Part shown: positions 38,701-52,869 of the stretch, piece by piece
Layout: each line of letters opens with the position of its first letter
Position numbering within the stretch: position 1 is the first letter of the stretch
Source of the DNA: Stegostoma tigrinum
Lineage: Eukaryota
Direction of reading: 5' to 3'
Length of the DNA: 64,000 bases
Assembly (NCBI RefSeq): GCF_030684315.1
Contig: NC_081396.1
Location: forward strand, 5,394,001-5,458,000
The notes under the pieces: generated by a model
What the model saw: only the letters and a program-made list of their open reading frames with translations
Database searches by the model: none
Told to the model about the DNA's origin: nothing
Position numbers and translations under genes: made by a program

Positions 38701-38990
38701 AGTTTCTTGTACATCACTCCAGTGTGCAGTATGTATGAAGTCATCATTTACACAGCTATTGATTATTCAGCATGGTTAACTGTTGCTTCCAGATGTGTTC
38801 AATTCGTGGCCATTTGCTGTCCGAAGCTGAAAATAAAGCACTGCACAGAAGGACCGTAGTGTTAGTTATTGGAATCATGACAGCACTGAGCTGCATAACA
38901 AGTATGCCCTTCTATTGAAAAAAAAAGAACTTCTCTGCATAATTAATAATGTACCCCACTTCTGCAACAGTGAATTAATATTTTGTACAG
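35726..38990 (+). pseudogene. Shark GPR139/142-like GPCR pseudogene 3 (3' truncated)
   Basis: Exon 1 (35726-35798) MLHGQAIDSIYVTCILILVVVGIP with donor mutated to GGAAGG. Exon 2 from 38556: AKLTLIVIISQRNLSGCIIYYVRSIAVADLLVMITAVILNQIAGIYF / SSFLYITPVCSMYEVIIYTAIDYSAWLTVA...FVAICCPKLKIKHCTE, frameshifted. Confidence 0.85.
38050..38372 (-). mobile_element. HE1-type SINE (decayed)
   Basis: CTAACCTGCACATCTTTGGACT...GGAAACC...GAGAATGTGCAACCTCCACACA...CACTGTGCCACC. Confidence 0.75.
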
Positions 38991-41900
38991 GTTTGAACTT
39001 AAATCAGTCAGCGTTTATTAAACAGGAGAGTGGATACCTGTCAGTTTATGCGCTTCTGCACCAAACGATTTATTTTTGCTGGGACCCAGAGTAAATTTAG
39101 AGCCGAGGTAAAGAATGGGAATACTTGTGAAATGGCGAAAGTTTTGAAAATAACAAAGCCTAACATAAATCAACGTTAAATTTCAACTTCTATTTTTCGT
39201 AATCTCACTTAATATTGTGAGATATGCCTTTCCAAATCGCATGCACTCTTAGATCCTTACCAAGTGGATGGCTTTAGGAATACCGAAGACATTGCACTTT
39301 TGACTCATTGTGCAATTCTGATTGGAAACTATCTAGAATACATTCCCCTTTCTTCTCCCATACTGGCACAGGCCTATGCGTTTCTCAAATCACCAATGGC
39401 ACAAAATTGATATGCAGGTATCAGTAATGTTTCTTGCAGACACGATTATTTTGTTTCATTATTATTCATGACTGTCATAGAGGGCAGTTAGAAACATCCA
39501 CAATGCTGTGGGTCCAGATTCACCTGTATTCTGGAACAAGTAAGGATGGAAGTTAGCGAAACAGATTTTTTTTACCGAAAATGAACAATTGCTTCATGGT
39601 CTTCACTATACAATTTCAGTTCAGATTGTGTCTCATTGAATTTAAAGTCCACCACCTACCATGGTGGGATTCGGATCTGGGTCTCTGAACATTTTTGGGT
39701 CTTTGACTTAATAGTCTAGCGATAATACTAATAGGTCATTGCCTCCATCATATTTTATTGGATTTGCACATTATTAGTATATCTGGCACTTATTGCCCAT
39801 CCTGAATGTACTTTCTCAGGTTGGAGTTCTCTCCAGTCATAGCTTGGATTCACTTCTCCTTCGTCCAGGGAAGAATGAGCAGATTCACTTGAAGATAATA
39901 CAGATGTGTCCATACTGCCATTGTTTCTCCAATTCCTAGCACCATGCTTCTCACTGTAAATGGGCAATAGCAGCCTGTGGGTGAAAACTGTTGCAACCTA
40001 ACAAATTACTTCACCTTGATATTGTTACTTGCGAATGGAATCACAAAACGAAGGAGGCAGTGAGCATGGAAAAGAACACATCAAGATCAAAATGTAGCCA
40101 CCTGGAAAAGCAAGCTAAGAGAATCCCTGAAAATAACGTTCTCCAAATATTATGTTATGCAATAGCATCGAACCGTCAGCAGATTGCAGCATTGGATTAT
40201 TTTATTTATAATAGCAAGCAACAGGGAGAGAGTTTTGACTATTTAATTCATTCAACCTCCAATCTGAATATCTGTCATCACGTGCAGAGTTTAAAACACA
40301 AGCACACCTATATTCATGCAGACAAACGCACATGAATTAGAGAAGCGAAGAGGAACTTCAATGAAGAAAATCGCAAATTTTTCTTTGGCATATAAACAGA
40401 AAAGGGATGTTTAATGGGATTAAGTCAGGTTGGAATATTTCGTCTGGGTGGTCAAATTTCAACCAGTAGGTCTATTTCCATGCTAGACAATTCTATGACT
40501 TTGCAAATGGGGGTTAGAGCCAAACACACACAAAAAATGGAGAATTTCACAAGTACACAGAGGGCATGGCTCAGATTTAAAATGAGTACTTTGTATCTAA
40601 ATTTACAAAAAGAGGGGCTTCTGCATCGACCATGGTGACAGAGGAGGAAATTTTGTCACCAGAAGAGTTCAAAATTTAGAAGGACGAAGAACTGGATAGA
40701 CTGTTGACATTTGAATTTAACAAGGCACTGGAATCGGAAAAGATATATCCAAGAACTTTGAAGGAAATGAGTACAGAAATTGTGGGGTCACTGGCTGAAT
40801 TCTTTCAGGCTTCCATGGTTTCAAAAACGCGTCAGAAGACTTGAGACTTTAACTTTGCTTCTCCCGACACAGACGGTGCCAGATCTTCCCAGTCTCTCCA
40901 GATCGTTGTGCTTTTATATCTGAATAATTGTTCTTTTTGTTCATCGGTGTTAGAATGCCTTCTGGTGGATATTGACTGGAAATATCAGTATGAATTTTTC
41001 TACAGGTTTCTCTGCATCTCTGCAGGGCTTTGGACTGCATAGCACAGAGATGTACGCGCTGTAGCACAGAACTCTGGTGACTTTGAAAATACGTTTCTCT
41101 TTTTAATTTGGGTAAATTATCTGAGCAGCTTCCTTATAAAAATGAAGACTTCTCTTCATTCCCCTTGCTATGCATCTACAATAAATATCTTGGAGATTCC
41201 CAGTAATACGGGGTGTACAGAAACAGGGTGTTGTAGAAGACGTTGTCGAATGATGGCAGTCCAGATTTATGCCTTCTCTTTCCCTGAATTGTTCATTTAA
41301 CTCCATCTTGTGACTTGAAAGGTTTACAATTCGGTCCTGTAATCCAGGTATAAAATGTTTCAAATGACGAGCAATAAATTCAACACCTGGAACGTGCAAT
41401 ACCTATTTAAAAACAAACTCACAAGACAAGACAACAAGGCATTTATCTTCGGTGAGAACCATAGGAAGCAAATGACGCTTGGTTTAGAGTTGAACGGAGA
41501 ATGTTCACACTCCTTGCCCAATATTAAGTGGAACCCAGATCAAGTTCAGACTTTGCTTACTGAGAAATTAGGGTGTTCCCCTGGGCTACAATTGGATGAT
41601 ATCTGTCGGCGGTGATGGTAGCTGAGTGACAATTATTGAGAGCCACAAAAACAGAAGCTTCTGGAAAGGCTCAGCAGGTCTGGCAGCACCTGTGGAGAAA
41701 ATATCAGAGTTAACGTTTCTGGTCTTGAGATCCTTCTGAATTAACCCGAAATGTTGGATCTGATTATTTTCTCCACAGAACCTGCATAACCTGCAAAGCT
41801 TTTCCAGAACTTCTGTTTTGGATCCTGAATTAGAACATCTGCAGTCCTTTCAGTTTTTTGTTTAATGAGAACTATTGGCATTACTTTCCTCTGATTATTT

Positions 41901-42811
41901 ATTTGTCTTCCTCAACATCGCTTTGCCTCTGTCTGTTTGCCTTGATTTCTGTCTCTCTGATGACAGGATCTCTTTTTGAAATGGACATCCAATCTCTAAT
42001 AAAAATGTGTGGCAATGAAAATTGGATAAATAATTGTGGAAATGAACACAAAGTATGGCAGATTGAACACATAGAGCATATACCAGCAGACGGCGAGGAG
42101 ACCATTCAGTGTTTTCTATTTGACATTGGGTTAAAAGTTAATTCATAAAAGTTGTCTCAGTTTTTTTTAACTCCAGTAACAATAATGATCAAAGACCATA
42201 GCAATGGCACCGGAAAATTAACCTTAACAAGCATTGAATGTGGATCTTAAGCAGACACGTTGTAAAAGCTATATCAGCGAAAGGTTTTCTGAATTCTGAG
42301 GCAGCGATTGAGAGAAACAAAAACAAGAAATTGTGTCAGATTTAATAAGTCTAAAATGACAACAATTATTTCAGTTGTAAATATGTGCCAGAGCAAATCT
42401 TCATGAAGTATTTCATCACCTGCTGCACAATGAGAGAAAAGGGAGAGAGAGTGAGAGACAGAGAGAGGAAGCGAGATTCAGAGAAGGATTGACGGAGACA
42501 AAAAAAACAAAAAGAATTCCCCTATGGTGTCATCCAAACGTGACTTGAGACAGCCAGTCCCTGAGTGTGACATTTGATGATGTGTCATGATAAAATCCCA
42601 TAAAAATCCGATTGTTGAGAATACTAACCAGACTCTTATTGTATCAGGAGAATGTAAAGCTCCCCACTATGCACCCCATCCCATCACCGAGTGTCCTGGT
42701 GTTGATACCAAAACCTGGCTTAGAAACAACAGGCTGACTGATTTGTACCCTGTCCATCTTCATCGTCTTGAACAGAAGTCCAACAATTGCTTATTCCTAG
42801 TTTCAGTTCTA

Positions 42812-43225
42812 ATGTTCTTGATATTGTGTATGCATGTGTGTTTTTTTCTTCAATAAGCGAGCTTACTTTACCATTTCTCAATAATTCGTGGTGTTTGAAT
42901 GTTGTCTGTTTTGTTACAGCGGCTTTCTATGAGAACTAGCGCTCAAAGGCTGCTCAGATGCTGTAGCTGGAAAGAAAATATTTTGAACTTCACTGTAGTA
43001 TGTTAATTGATCCTGGGGAAATAATAGCCTAGTGCAATAAAAACACGGTCAGTGGCTCCAACATTTATTGGCTCCATATGCGAGGGCATTGAGACTACAG
43101 GCCGCTACACACTGTCCTTTGACGGAATGAAGAAGTTCAACATCATTTCTATGATAAGCGTTTCTATTTCTATCAGTGACACTGTGTCCAAGGGCACCAA
43201 AATGCATCATTGTGCGAAGGCAGTA
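42812..43225 (+). pseudogene. Highly decayed TCR V pseudogene (tentative)
   Basis: Leader-like MFLILCMHVCFFLQ* with decayed donor GCGAGC; 63-nt intron ending TTGTTACAG; frameshifted remnants ERKYFELHCS / GQWLQHLL / GRYTLSFDGMKKFNIISMISVSISISDT..HCAK; nonamer-like ACAATATTT at 43254. Confidence 0.45.
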
Positions 43226-43504
43226 TGATGAGATGAATTGCAGATCCGTCTGTACAATATTTTTGCTGTACAACTTTTCAGCTGTTGCATTAAACTTTTT
43301 CGATTAGAGAAGTTTTACAGATAACGGTGATACTAAGAAGAGTTATTCTCTGAGGTTCAAACTTGTTTCTGGAATAACCAACAAATCGTCAATAACTTTT
43401 TCTACAGATAATTTATTGCAAAAATCTTCAAACAAATGTTGTCTGTTGTAATATGCTTTGTAAAAACTGAAAGGGCCACCACAAAATGAATTTGCCTTCC
43501 AAAT

Positions 43505-43678
43505 NNNNNNNNNNNNNNNNNNNNNNNNNNNNNNNNNNNNNNNNNNNNNNNNNNNNNNNNNNNNNNNNNNNNNNNNNNNNNNNNNNNNNNNNNNNNNNNN
43601 NNNNNNNNNNNNNNNNNNNNNNNNNNNNNNNNNNNNNNNNNNNNNNNNNNNNNNNNNNNNNNNNNNNNNNNNNNNNNN
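43505..43678. other. Assembly gap (174 N)
   Basis: Run of N. Confidence 1.
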
Positions 43679-45232
43679 AGATACAGGGATGTATCCCGCC
43701 TATATACACGGATATTTTGCTGAATTTGCTTTGTATAAATTATGGCGTGGATTTTGTTTAATTTTGATTTATTTTGTTGCAAATTCTTGTTATTCAGAGA
43801 CAATTGTGCTATAATTTTATCAGGGAATACTCGGACCGTCAGTTTCCCTTCAGCATAAGGTTAATTTTGCTTCTAACGACTTTGAATTCTGATAAAAGCA
43901 TTTCTACAAGCTCCCAAATCTTCACATTCAGGGATGGAAGAATTGGTGTAAGTTTAAACTATCTGTGGATAGTTCTTCTAGCCTCACTGTTAACACAATC
44001 CAGCTGTCAGAAATTGTGTTGTAAAATTCAGATATCAGCATTAAGGGTGGAATTACTAATGTGAAGTCGATCTGGAACATGTCAATGAGCACGTATTTTG
44101 TTATTAACGTGGATAATTGGTAGAACTCAAACAAGTCATCGCAGAATCGTACTAATAACAAACAAAGTTAATAGATAGAATCATAATCGAGCAAAACCAT
44201 TCAGAAATACTCATGAAGACTTGTTGGAGCCTTGTGTTGCAGCATAATTTCTGTGAGGACAATTTCCAGAACTGTCAGTTTATCCCTGACCCAGATGTCA
44301 GCTGGCATTACAGCAACTACTTTTGTTAGGAGCATGTCACTTCTTGCATCAACTCGGTGTTGATTGCAGGGAAGACCGTTGACTGGTTAGTCATATTAAA
44401 CACAAAGGAATTTGTGTGTGGTTTTTGGAGGTCAGTCATTTCAGCCCAGGCCAACCCTGCAGGAGTTCCTTGGACTCGTGCCAAGAACCCACCTTTTTCA
44501 CTGACTTCATCAATGATACTTTGTCAATCATTAGATCAGATAGCAGGCCTGAAGATAGAAATCAAGGACCTGTCTCCTCACCGAGTGCAGGACCACACCC
44601 TCAGGCCGCAGTGATGCAGAACCACCACCTGAAATGACCACAGTTAATAACTATGAGCCTGCCACAGTTCAGCGTCACACTTGTTGGAATCTGCTGTACT
44701 ATCTTGTCCTGGTTCGTAAGAAGTAGAAGTATTTGCTGACACTTGCACAAAATTTATATTGTGATCTTCAGGTGTTGAAACAATTCGTTCTCATGTGCAG
44801 AAATATGAAGATAGTTTCTACGTGTCGCCTGAAGATTTTAAAGTAACATTCGTGTCACACCAGTTCCAGATACAGACCATCTTCAAAAAGGTGAACATAA
44901 CTATTGTTCCAGACTGTCAATCACATCGCCTTCGCTGAAACCCCAGGAGTAAATTTTTGAGGGCTTCTATTCAACAGACACTGGATCAGCCTTATTAATG
45001 CCATGTCAACAAGAGTATTTCAGGGGGGATGAATCACACATCATGACACTAGTGACAGACGCCTCATCGGTTCCTTTTCAATGTTTTGTGTTTCATTTCC
45101 GTTAACATGTATTGTGATCATCTTCCATCAGTTTTTGATTTTGGGCTTGACATCGTCCTTTGATGAACACTAACTAGAAATCTCAGCGTGAGTTTTTGTG
45201 CAGGATCCACAATACCTTTGCAGCAAACTGGG

Positions 45233-45714
45233 CGATATAGCACAGAAATGCACAGTGCTATCAGAATTGAGAATACAGATGATTATTAGTTTGGTGATAT
45301 TGATAGTTTCCTCAGTCACTGAGGAAAATCGAACACTGATGCAATTATTCTTGCCCACATCTCTCCTAATAAGCCAAAACACCTTTGGTGACGACTGCCA
45401 GTATGTTTCCTGTACCAGTGAGCATAAAAGTTAGACATGTTGGTCTTCAAGTTGCAGTTTAGCATGATATTTTTGCCATTTCAAACATCATTTCAGCAAA
45501 TGGCTGTCCCATTGTATCTGGCTGGCTCCAATCTAGCATATGTAAGGTAAAAAGAAATGTCAATGAACGTCAGCCCTAAATAGCTCAAAATAATCCTTAC
45601 TATCATATCAAACAACAATAACATTTGTATTGTAGCACTTATTTATTTTCTGTGAAGGGGATACTTACTGAGAATGGATGCAATGATGCGATACTGTGAG
45701 AGACATTTCCGCAT
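45233..45714 (-). pseudogene. Inverted TCR V pseudogene (leader 45714-45669, V exon 45532-about 45233)
   Basis: Leader MRKCLSQYRIIASIL |GTAAGT; WSQPDTMGQPFAEMMFE / GKNIMLNCNLKTNMSNFYAHWYRKHTG / SPKVFWL...VRFSS...LNSDSTVHFCAIS with two frameshifts; nonamer ACAAAAACT at 45199-45191; heptamer decayed. Confidence 0.85.
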
Positions 45715-46749
45715 GTTGATTTCTGACTCTGTATTTCTGCAGAGCAGGAAATTCACTGTCAGAGCAGAAAATCAGTTCCACAACCCACGACGATGCTGAT
45801 GAAATTAATGATAAAATTTTACCAGTCGCATCAATCCTTCCAAGAACATAATTGGACCAGAAAGAACGACAGGGAGAGAGGCATAGAGCAAGAAATAGAG
45901 GCTATGGGTCGAGATACCAAAGACTGAATTTGACACTATATGCCGTGATTGTCAGTTGCTCTCGGAGCTGATGGAATGGAAAGAGTATCAGCAGTGTTTC
46001 CAATCTGTGACCTGCACTCTAAACAGGAAACATTAGTTATCATAGTTCAATACTCTACATGTTTTGTAATACCTACAGGATGTTTGATCCGGATGGAAGT
46101 TTAAACATGGGAAAGAACGTTTCTGAGTTTTAGTGCCATTTCTCCCGCCAGGGTTTCGGGAATGGTTAAAAGTGCAACCAGGACAGAGCAATGGGCAGTA
46201 TAAATTCTGGCCGATCCACCATCTTTACATCACACATGGACATCATCACTCTGTCACATTTTAAACCAAGGAACTATCAACAAAATTCATTTCATTTTGA
46301 ATTTAAATTTGGTAATTTTTTTTATCGTTTTCATACCAGAAAATATAAATAATGAAAGAAGGGTCAGCAAAACAACATGATGCAATGTAAATTTCAAGGG
46401 CGGATGATGGTGCCATGGTAATATTACTGCACAAGAAATCCAGAGTCTCAGAGTAAGACTCTGCAGCTCGGTAGCCTGGTGGTATGTAATTTCAGTTGGC
46501 GAATTTTCAAGCCACTCCGTTCAAGGGCAATTATGAAAGGGCAACAGATACTAAATTTCCCATGACACCCACATGTCTTGAAGGAATAACGTGAACACAA
46601 CACCATGACACACTGAAAGCATACATATCCTTATGATGATCACCTATCATGTAATTATTTTAAATGTAACTATCGTAATTTTCTGCTCACCCTTAAGCCA
46701 CAGGCTTATTTCAAAATAGTTTTGCGTGTACTGTTAATGGAACTTTGCC

Positions 46750-48060
46750 CACAGAGCTACCTGTGGCACAGTTCCAAAGACTTAGAGCACCCTAAGAGAT
46801 GAAATTCATCTTCGTCTGTCTTAAAGTGGTGCCACTTGATTCGAAACTATGCCTTGTGTGCCTAGAGACTTCTGTGAGTGAAAACTTCCTCACAGCACTT
46901 ACACTTTCAAGTTCCTTAAGAATCCTGTATGTTTCACGATGAACACCTCTCATTTTTCTGACCTCCAGTGAGCGGAAGCCAAACCTGTTAAATGTGTGTT
47001 CATAAGAAAATCTCTCCAGACCAAGAATCACCCCTTCTCTGGACTGAATATAACAGAATTGTATGTTCTTTCTGTAAAGGAACCAAAACTACTCACAGTT
47101 CTCCAGAAGTGATCGCTGCAGTAGGTAATCCCTATTCTAAACCCTCAACAATCTGGAAATAAAGGCCAATATTGCTTTAGCCTTCCTGATTACCTGCTTC
47201 TTCTATGTGCAAGCTTGCTGTTTTCCATGCACAAGTGTCCCTGAGTCTCTCTGTGTTGCAGCTTTCTGCAGTTTATATGCAATTCAATAATAATGTGTTA
47301 TTTTGCTCTTCTTTTAAAGAAGAACAATGTCACGTTCACCCACGTTATTTTCCATTTACCAACAGTTTTCCCATTTAATTATCGCACCAATTTCGCTGTT
47401 GAACTGCCTTGTACCTTTTTGCACAACTTCCTTTCCACCTATTTTGTTGCCATCCGCAAATTTGGCTACAGTGCATTCTTTTCCTTGCTCCAACACAGTA
47501 AGTCGTGTAAACATTTATGGTCCAAGCACTGATGCCTGTGGAACCCAATGATAACAGGTTATGGACAGACAATGAACTTATTTTCCCCACTTGCTGTTTC
47601 CTGCCATCAGCCAATTCTCTATTCATGCCAAGACACTACTTCCAACACAGCGGAACTCTTACCTTATGGCTTAATCTTTTGTGATGTAAATGTCGAACAT
47701 ATTTTGGAAGCCCAAAAAGACACATCTGCTGGTTTTGCGCTATCTATTCTATTTGAGACTTGTCCAAATGAAAACTTTTGGAAATTAGTCTGACACCATT
47801 CCCCTTTCAGACAGCCATATTGGCCATTTTTTTTATTAGAAAAACAATATTCCAACATGTGCTTGACTTCCTGACTAATTTAATCCAATACTTTTCCAAC
47901 AAGCAGTATCAGCCTTAATGGCCTGAACTTATCCATGTTTTGCATTTCTGTCTTTTTTTGATTGGATGGGTCAACCTGGCTATTAGCCAATTCTCTCGTA
48001 CTTTTCCAGAGTTCAACAATTTTTGGAAAATGATTACCGACAATCTTTTTGTTTCCTTTG
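46750..48060 (-). mobile_element. CR1-type LINE ORF2 remnant
   Basis: Minus-strand KFRPLRLILLVGKVL...ADVSFWASKICSTF...GLERFSYEHTFNRFGFRSLEVRKMRGVHRETYRIL. Confidence 0.75.
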
Positions 48061-48157
48061 AAATATGCTGACTCGTGGCACGTCATTTGATATATGGTCG
48101 TATCAACGACATTGCATCCGAAGGAAGTTTAAAAGAATTATCTTTAAGCTGAGGAAG

Positions 48158-48224
48158 AGGCACTGCCAGGATTTGAAATGAGAATTGCCTGTATACTGGT
48201 CCGGCGCCAACGAGGCCACAGCCC
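48158..48224 (-). pseudogene. tRNA-Thr(AGT)-derived pseudogene
   Basis: Reverse complement GGGCTGTGGCCTCGTTGG..CGCCGGACC-AGT-ATACAGG...TTCAAATCCTGGCAGTGCCT aligns by eye to vertebrate tRNA-Thr-AGT, with a D-loop deletion. Confidence 0.55.
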
Positions 48225-51200
48225 AACGGGTGGACTGCTTCTACACATTGGTACACCGATTTCCTCAGAAACCCGTCCGTAGGAGCTCAGTTTTTTTTTT
48301 TCTCTTTCAATGTCATTGAGTAAAAATTTTAATTATCTTCCACTTTTGCAAAAACGAAGAGTTCACAGCTGTACAGTCTCCTGAGAAAAGGCACAGAAAG
48401 TTGCAATCTCCTCTTGCATTTGTTTAGAAGTGAAAGTTTCAGCTGCTAAATTTACAGCAAGAAGGGGGTCCTGTCGGGGCCCAATAACCGCATTAATATG
48501 TCAAGATGAAACCTCATAAAAAGAAGGGGTCATTGTGGTTAATCGATGAAGAATGATGTCTGAGCCAGTGTGAACTAAACAGTGGTGAATGGATATGAGT
48601 AGCGTTACAAAGCTGGATAGAATAATCGTGAATTAAAAAGCAAAGGCTGGTCCCTTTAATGGGTAAAGTGTTTTAAGCTCAGAATTAAGCGGAGAAGCGA
48701 TCTGTGAGCAAATGGCAATAGCATTGACAGTTCTAACTTTGAAACATGTAACAATTGACTTTGTTGTTAGATACCTTCGGCTTTTTTTTAATGTAGCTAA
48801 TTAATTTAATCCAAACATTCAGCTATTCAAAGCTGATTGAATTTAAAAACTGATGGCGTTAACAGCCTGAACCCAATCATAGTGTGAGAATTTGTTGCAT
48901 CACAAATTATTGCCTCTCCCAAAAGAAATGATACCATCATAATATTCTGTTGAAGTAGTTGGTACCATTTTTTCTCAGTGTGCGGCAATAATCAGAAAGA
49001 ATTTGTGGACTTTTGTTTCACAACATTGACAGAATTTTGACATCTATTCAAGCCAGAATAAACGGTAAAGGAATTGCATTTGCATGGCAAACAGAGAAGT
49101 GAAAAATACTTGAAACTGGATACAAATGACACGCAAATATCAGAGAACCTCACCATGAAATGCCTCCAGAAGACAATAAAACAATAAAGAAAGCACACAA
49201 TGGAAACAATGAAAGTGGCCACAATGTTCTGAATATTTTAACAATTTTGAGCTGAAAATACTGCAAAATGCTCAGAAAATGTTGTTCAATATGGTTACCA
49301 AGAGAGGGCAATGGGTAAATGTTTTCACTTGATTAAATTAAGTCGTAGGCAATTTCTAATCTGAACATAATTCTTCTGGAAGATAGTTGAAACGTATGGC
49401 TTTTTGGGAACGTAACCATCATGTTTTTAGTGGCATCACCCTTTTATTGTTCATTGCATATTTGAATTCTGAGTCGCCCATTGTATTATTATTGTATCAT
49501 TACATGCAAATGGGTAGACGAAGAAATGATACCAATTCAATGATGGCCAAGTGACGGATATTATCTTCTATCTCTTTGCATTAAGGCTTGAAAGCAATGA
49601 ACAGGCAAAACGTCTCCACAAAAATTCACAGGTGTTTAAAATGGCCCAGTTGTCATAGCTGAAAGGTAGACAGAATCGGAAGGAAAATAGCAGATGGCAA
49701 TTTAGAATGGACCTAAATTAATAGACTAAGAGGACACCGATTCAGGGATTAGAAGGCAAACAAGCAAGACACAAATTAAAAAAGAGGAAATTGTTAAGGC
49801 AGAAAAACAGGCGACTGAAGAAACGACCATTAAATCATTGAAAAAAGTGAATGTTAAACACAACTGTTAAAAAGAAATTCAAGAGAGAGAAAATAAAATC
49901 AGGAATAAGCTAAATTGCACAAGATTTTATCACTTGTGATTGTACAGCCAGTTATAATAATCTCCCTAAACATAAATTGCCTTCTTTCAATGACCCTGAA
50001 GATGATAATAATCTGCATTAGTCCAGGCTTTCTTCTGACAGTATGATTTCCCCAGAGATACCGCTATAGGTCGCCATAGTCATGTTTATCGCTAATTTTC
50101 AAAATGAATATCAGAGCAGCAACAAAGGGACTCTCGCCCTCAGCTTTCCTTTGCTGTTCTCACATTTGCTACAATGCCCACACGACGTGGTTCTGGGTTT
50201 TCATTAGTAAGATTAGCCGTGACGTAAAGCAGTACAATATATTTTTGCTCAGACACGGAATAATTTGGATTGCAGTGCTTTGGAATCAGTTCGCACCATG
50301 CAGATGCTTCTTGCACAATTTCTTACAATTATATCATTTATCTCTGTCTCCTTTCCATCTCATTTCCATTCTCCCCATGTTGTGACGAATTTATTGTCAC
50401 GGGGAGATACTAACAGAGGCAATAAGAACACTATTATTATTGGATCTAGTTTTTTCTTTGAGTAGAAACTTCAAGCAACCTTAGAGCAGTTGATCCTTGA
50501 AATGATGTTCACAAATGGAAAACGTTTGTCGCAGTAACCCTGTATCTTTAAATTAAGTAGCAGTTGAATGTGTCTGTACTTCTATAGCCATAATTGTGGA
50601 CGACATAAATGCAATGTCATTCGTATTTTGGTAAGGAATATAATGAGGAATCCAAACGTCACATTCAATGTTTGAGAGAAATGGCAAAATTATCAATCAC
50701 CAATTGGCAAACTGACAATCAGCACCACACTTGCTCTGACTAGTTTATTTTTTATTCCTGTTAATTAACTGTTTAATGAGACGGAACATAGATATGAGAA
50801 GTTATTGGATGTGTCCTCATGATAGCCTTTTTGCTTGTGAACTTACAATCGGAGAGCTCTGTTTATGAGCTGCAGCGTATATTCGCAGATCACTGTATCA
50901 CGGATCAAAACAATGTCAAATGGGGCGCATTAGACATTGGTTGCTGGAAAAAATTCAGCTGCTCTCGTGGCATCTGTGAAGAAAAAAGCAGGGTAAATGT
51001 TTAAGGTCCGGACACACTTCCACAGAACTGCGTGTCTTCACATATGTAGCCAGGCCTGTTGAGCTATTGCAGCAACTTTAGTTTTTGTTCCTGATTTACA
51101 GCACAGGCAGTTCTTTCAGTTTTTATTCATTCAAGGCATTGTACGAGCATACTATCTTGCACTGTCAGCTGTCTGAAACTGTCAGACAGTATTTGCACAG

Positions 51201-52869
51201 AGTCTCTATGTAATAGGAAATAGGGAACTTTGGAACAAGGAGCAAGATTAGACTTTGTGACCCCTGGAGTCTCTTTCACTATTGAATGAAATCTTGACTG
51301 ATCTGATTGTAACCAGACATACCATTGACTTTTAGCCTCGACGATCTTTCACCCTCTTGTTTATCAAAAATCTATCTATTTCTGCCTCTAATTTTTTTTT
51401 AAAAGACTGTACGTCTATTGCCTGTTCATGAAGTGAGCTCCAAATTTCATGACCTGCCAAGAGAGAGAAAAAAAACTTCTTATCCGTGTTATAAAGCACC
51501 ACACTTTTTTAAAAAGACCTATTTTGAGACGTTCCAAGGAGAGGAAACATCCTTTCCAAGTTTACCTTATGAAGACCCCTCAAACAAAAACCGCTGACAG
51601 TAAATGCCTCGCATTTCACACGCATATTTACAGTCGATGCAGATGACAAAACCTAATCATTTTTTGAAAATTGTGACCATGCGATATTTTACATTTCAAT
51701 TGAGAGGTTTAACACAAATTGTGAGATGGTAAATCACACTGGAGTCAGCGCCACTTATCGTCCAACGTTCTCTGAGCATGGATCATGGAGTAGTCTGTCA
51801 TGTGAGAGTGAGGATTCGAAATCGAAACATTTTGATTTAGATTTGAGAGAGGGTGCTGTTTATTCCGAAACTCTGATGGAGGAGCTACATAAAAATATTA
51901 TGCTATGTTTGTCTTTCATGGATTAAATAAACTCGTAATTCTGGTCAACGGACAGAGAATCAACTTCTTCCGTTTTCATGGAACTTGCTCTGGGGTAGCA
52001 TGTACATGAAGACGTTTTTGCAGAAACTGATTAACTGGAGCAGATGCATCATTTCTTGAAAGATGTTACAAGGGTCATTGCAACCCACACCAGTGAAGTA
52101 TCACTAATCTTACGCCAGCTCATGGAGGAAAAACCCTTTATCGGACCATCTACGGTACATAGCTCCACGAGATGGCAAAGAGCAGGGTAAATGACCTCCA
52201 GCCATTGGCCAGCACCGTGTCTTGTCGAATTTCGAGGCACATGAATTTCTTGTGGGCTCTGCTGCCCGCTAACATAATGTCGTGTGCTTTCAACCAGGTC
52301 CATTCGGCCCCTCAACTTATTGCCTCTCTGTGCAAACATGCAAAAATATAATGGAGGAGACGAGAATAATTTCCCTTCACTTCACGTATTGTGGTTGGAA
52401 ACAATGGTGGACTTGAATCAGAAGGAAAACCATAAAATTTCCAGGGTTACTATGATTTAAAATGAGGCACAGGCTCAGACTGATAAATTGCTCAGATGAA
52501 ACTTTCATTTAGCCACCTGCTAAAACGTTCATAATGCAATAGGTTTTCAAACATTGTTTTATTTTTGTGTTTGCATGTGTGCATGTATGAATGTGTCTGC
52601 ATGTGTCTGTTGCTGTGAACATGGCCGTGTCTGAGTATTTACGAAATACTCATTTACTGTCCACAGGAGGGCACTGTCTGATCACTTAGTGAAGATCAGC
52701 ACTTGCGCTTTGACAGGCAATTGTGGTTTGGGAAAAAAATTAAAATGGGCGGGGAGTGATGAAACGTCAGTCAATTGTACCATATCCTTGAGCTACTTCA
52801 GCTTTTGCAGTTCTAGATCGGGTACGGAGCGTGTTTATTGTCTCAGTTTCTGGAGATCAGTTGGGAAAT

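Noticed and set aside
39990-41400. Gag-like (QQGESFD), CR1-like and RNase H-like (FIVDA) scraps
   Set aside because: Probably old retroelement debris, but too decayed to delimit or assign by eye.
43402-43803. ORFs spanning X runs
   Set aside because: Artefacts of the N gap.
48992-50460. Minus-strand hydrophobic ORF and faint Ig-like words (W..DGKE, D.G..Y)
   Set aside because: No conserved Cys/Trp spacing, splice structure or RSS to support a receptor gene.
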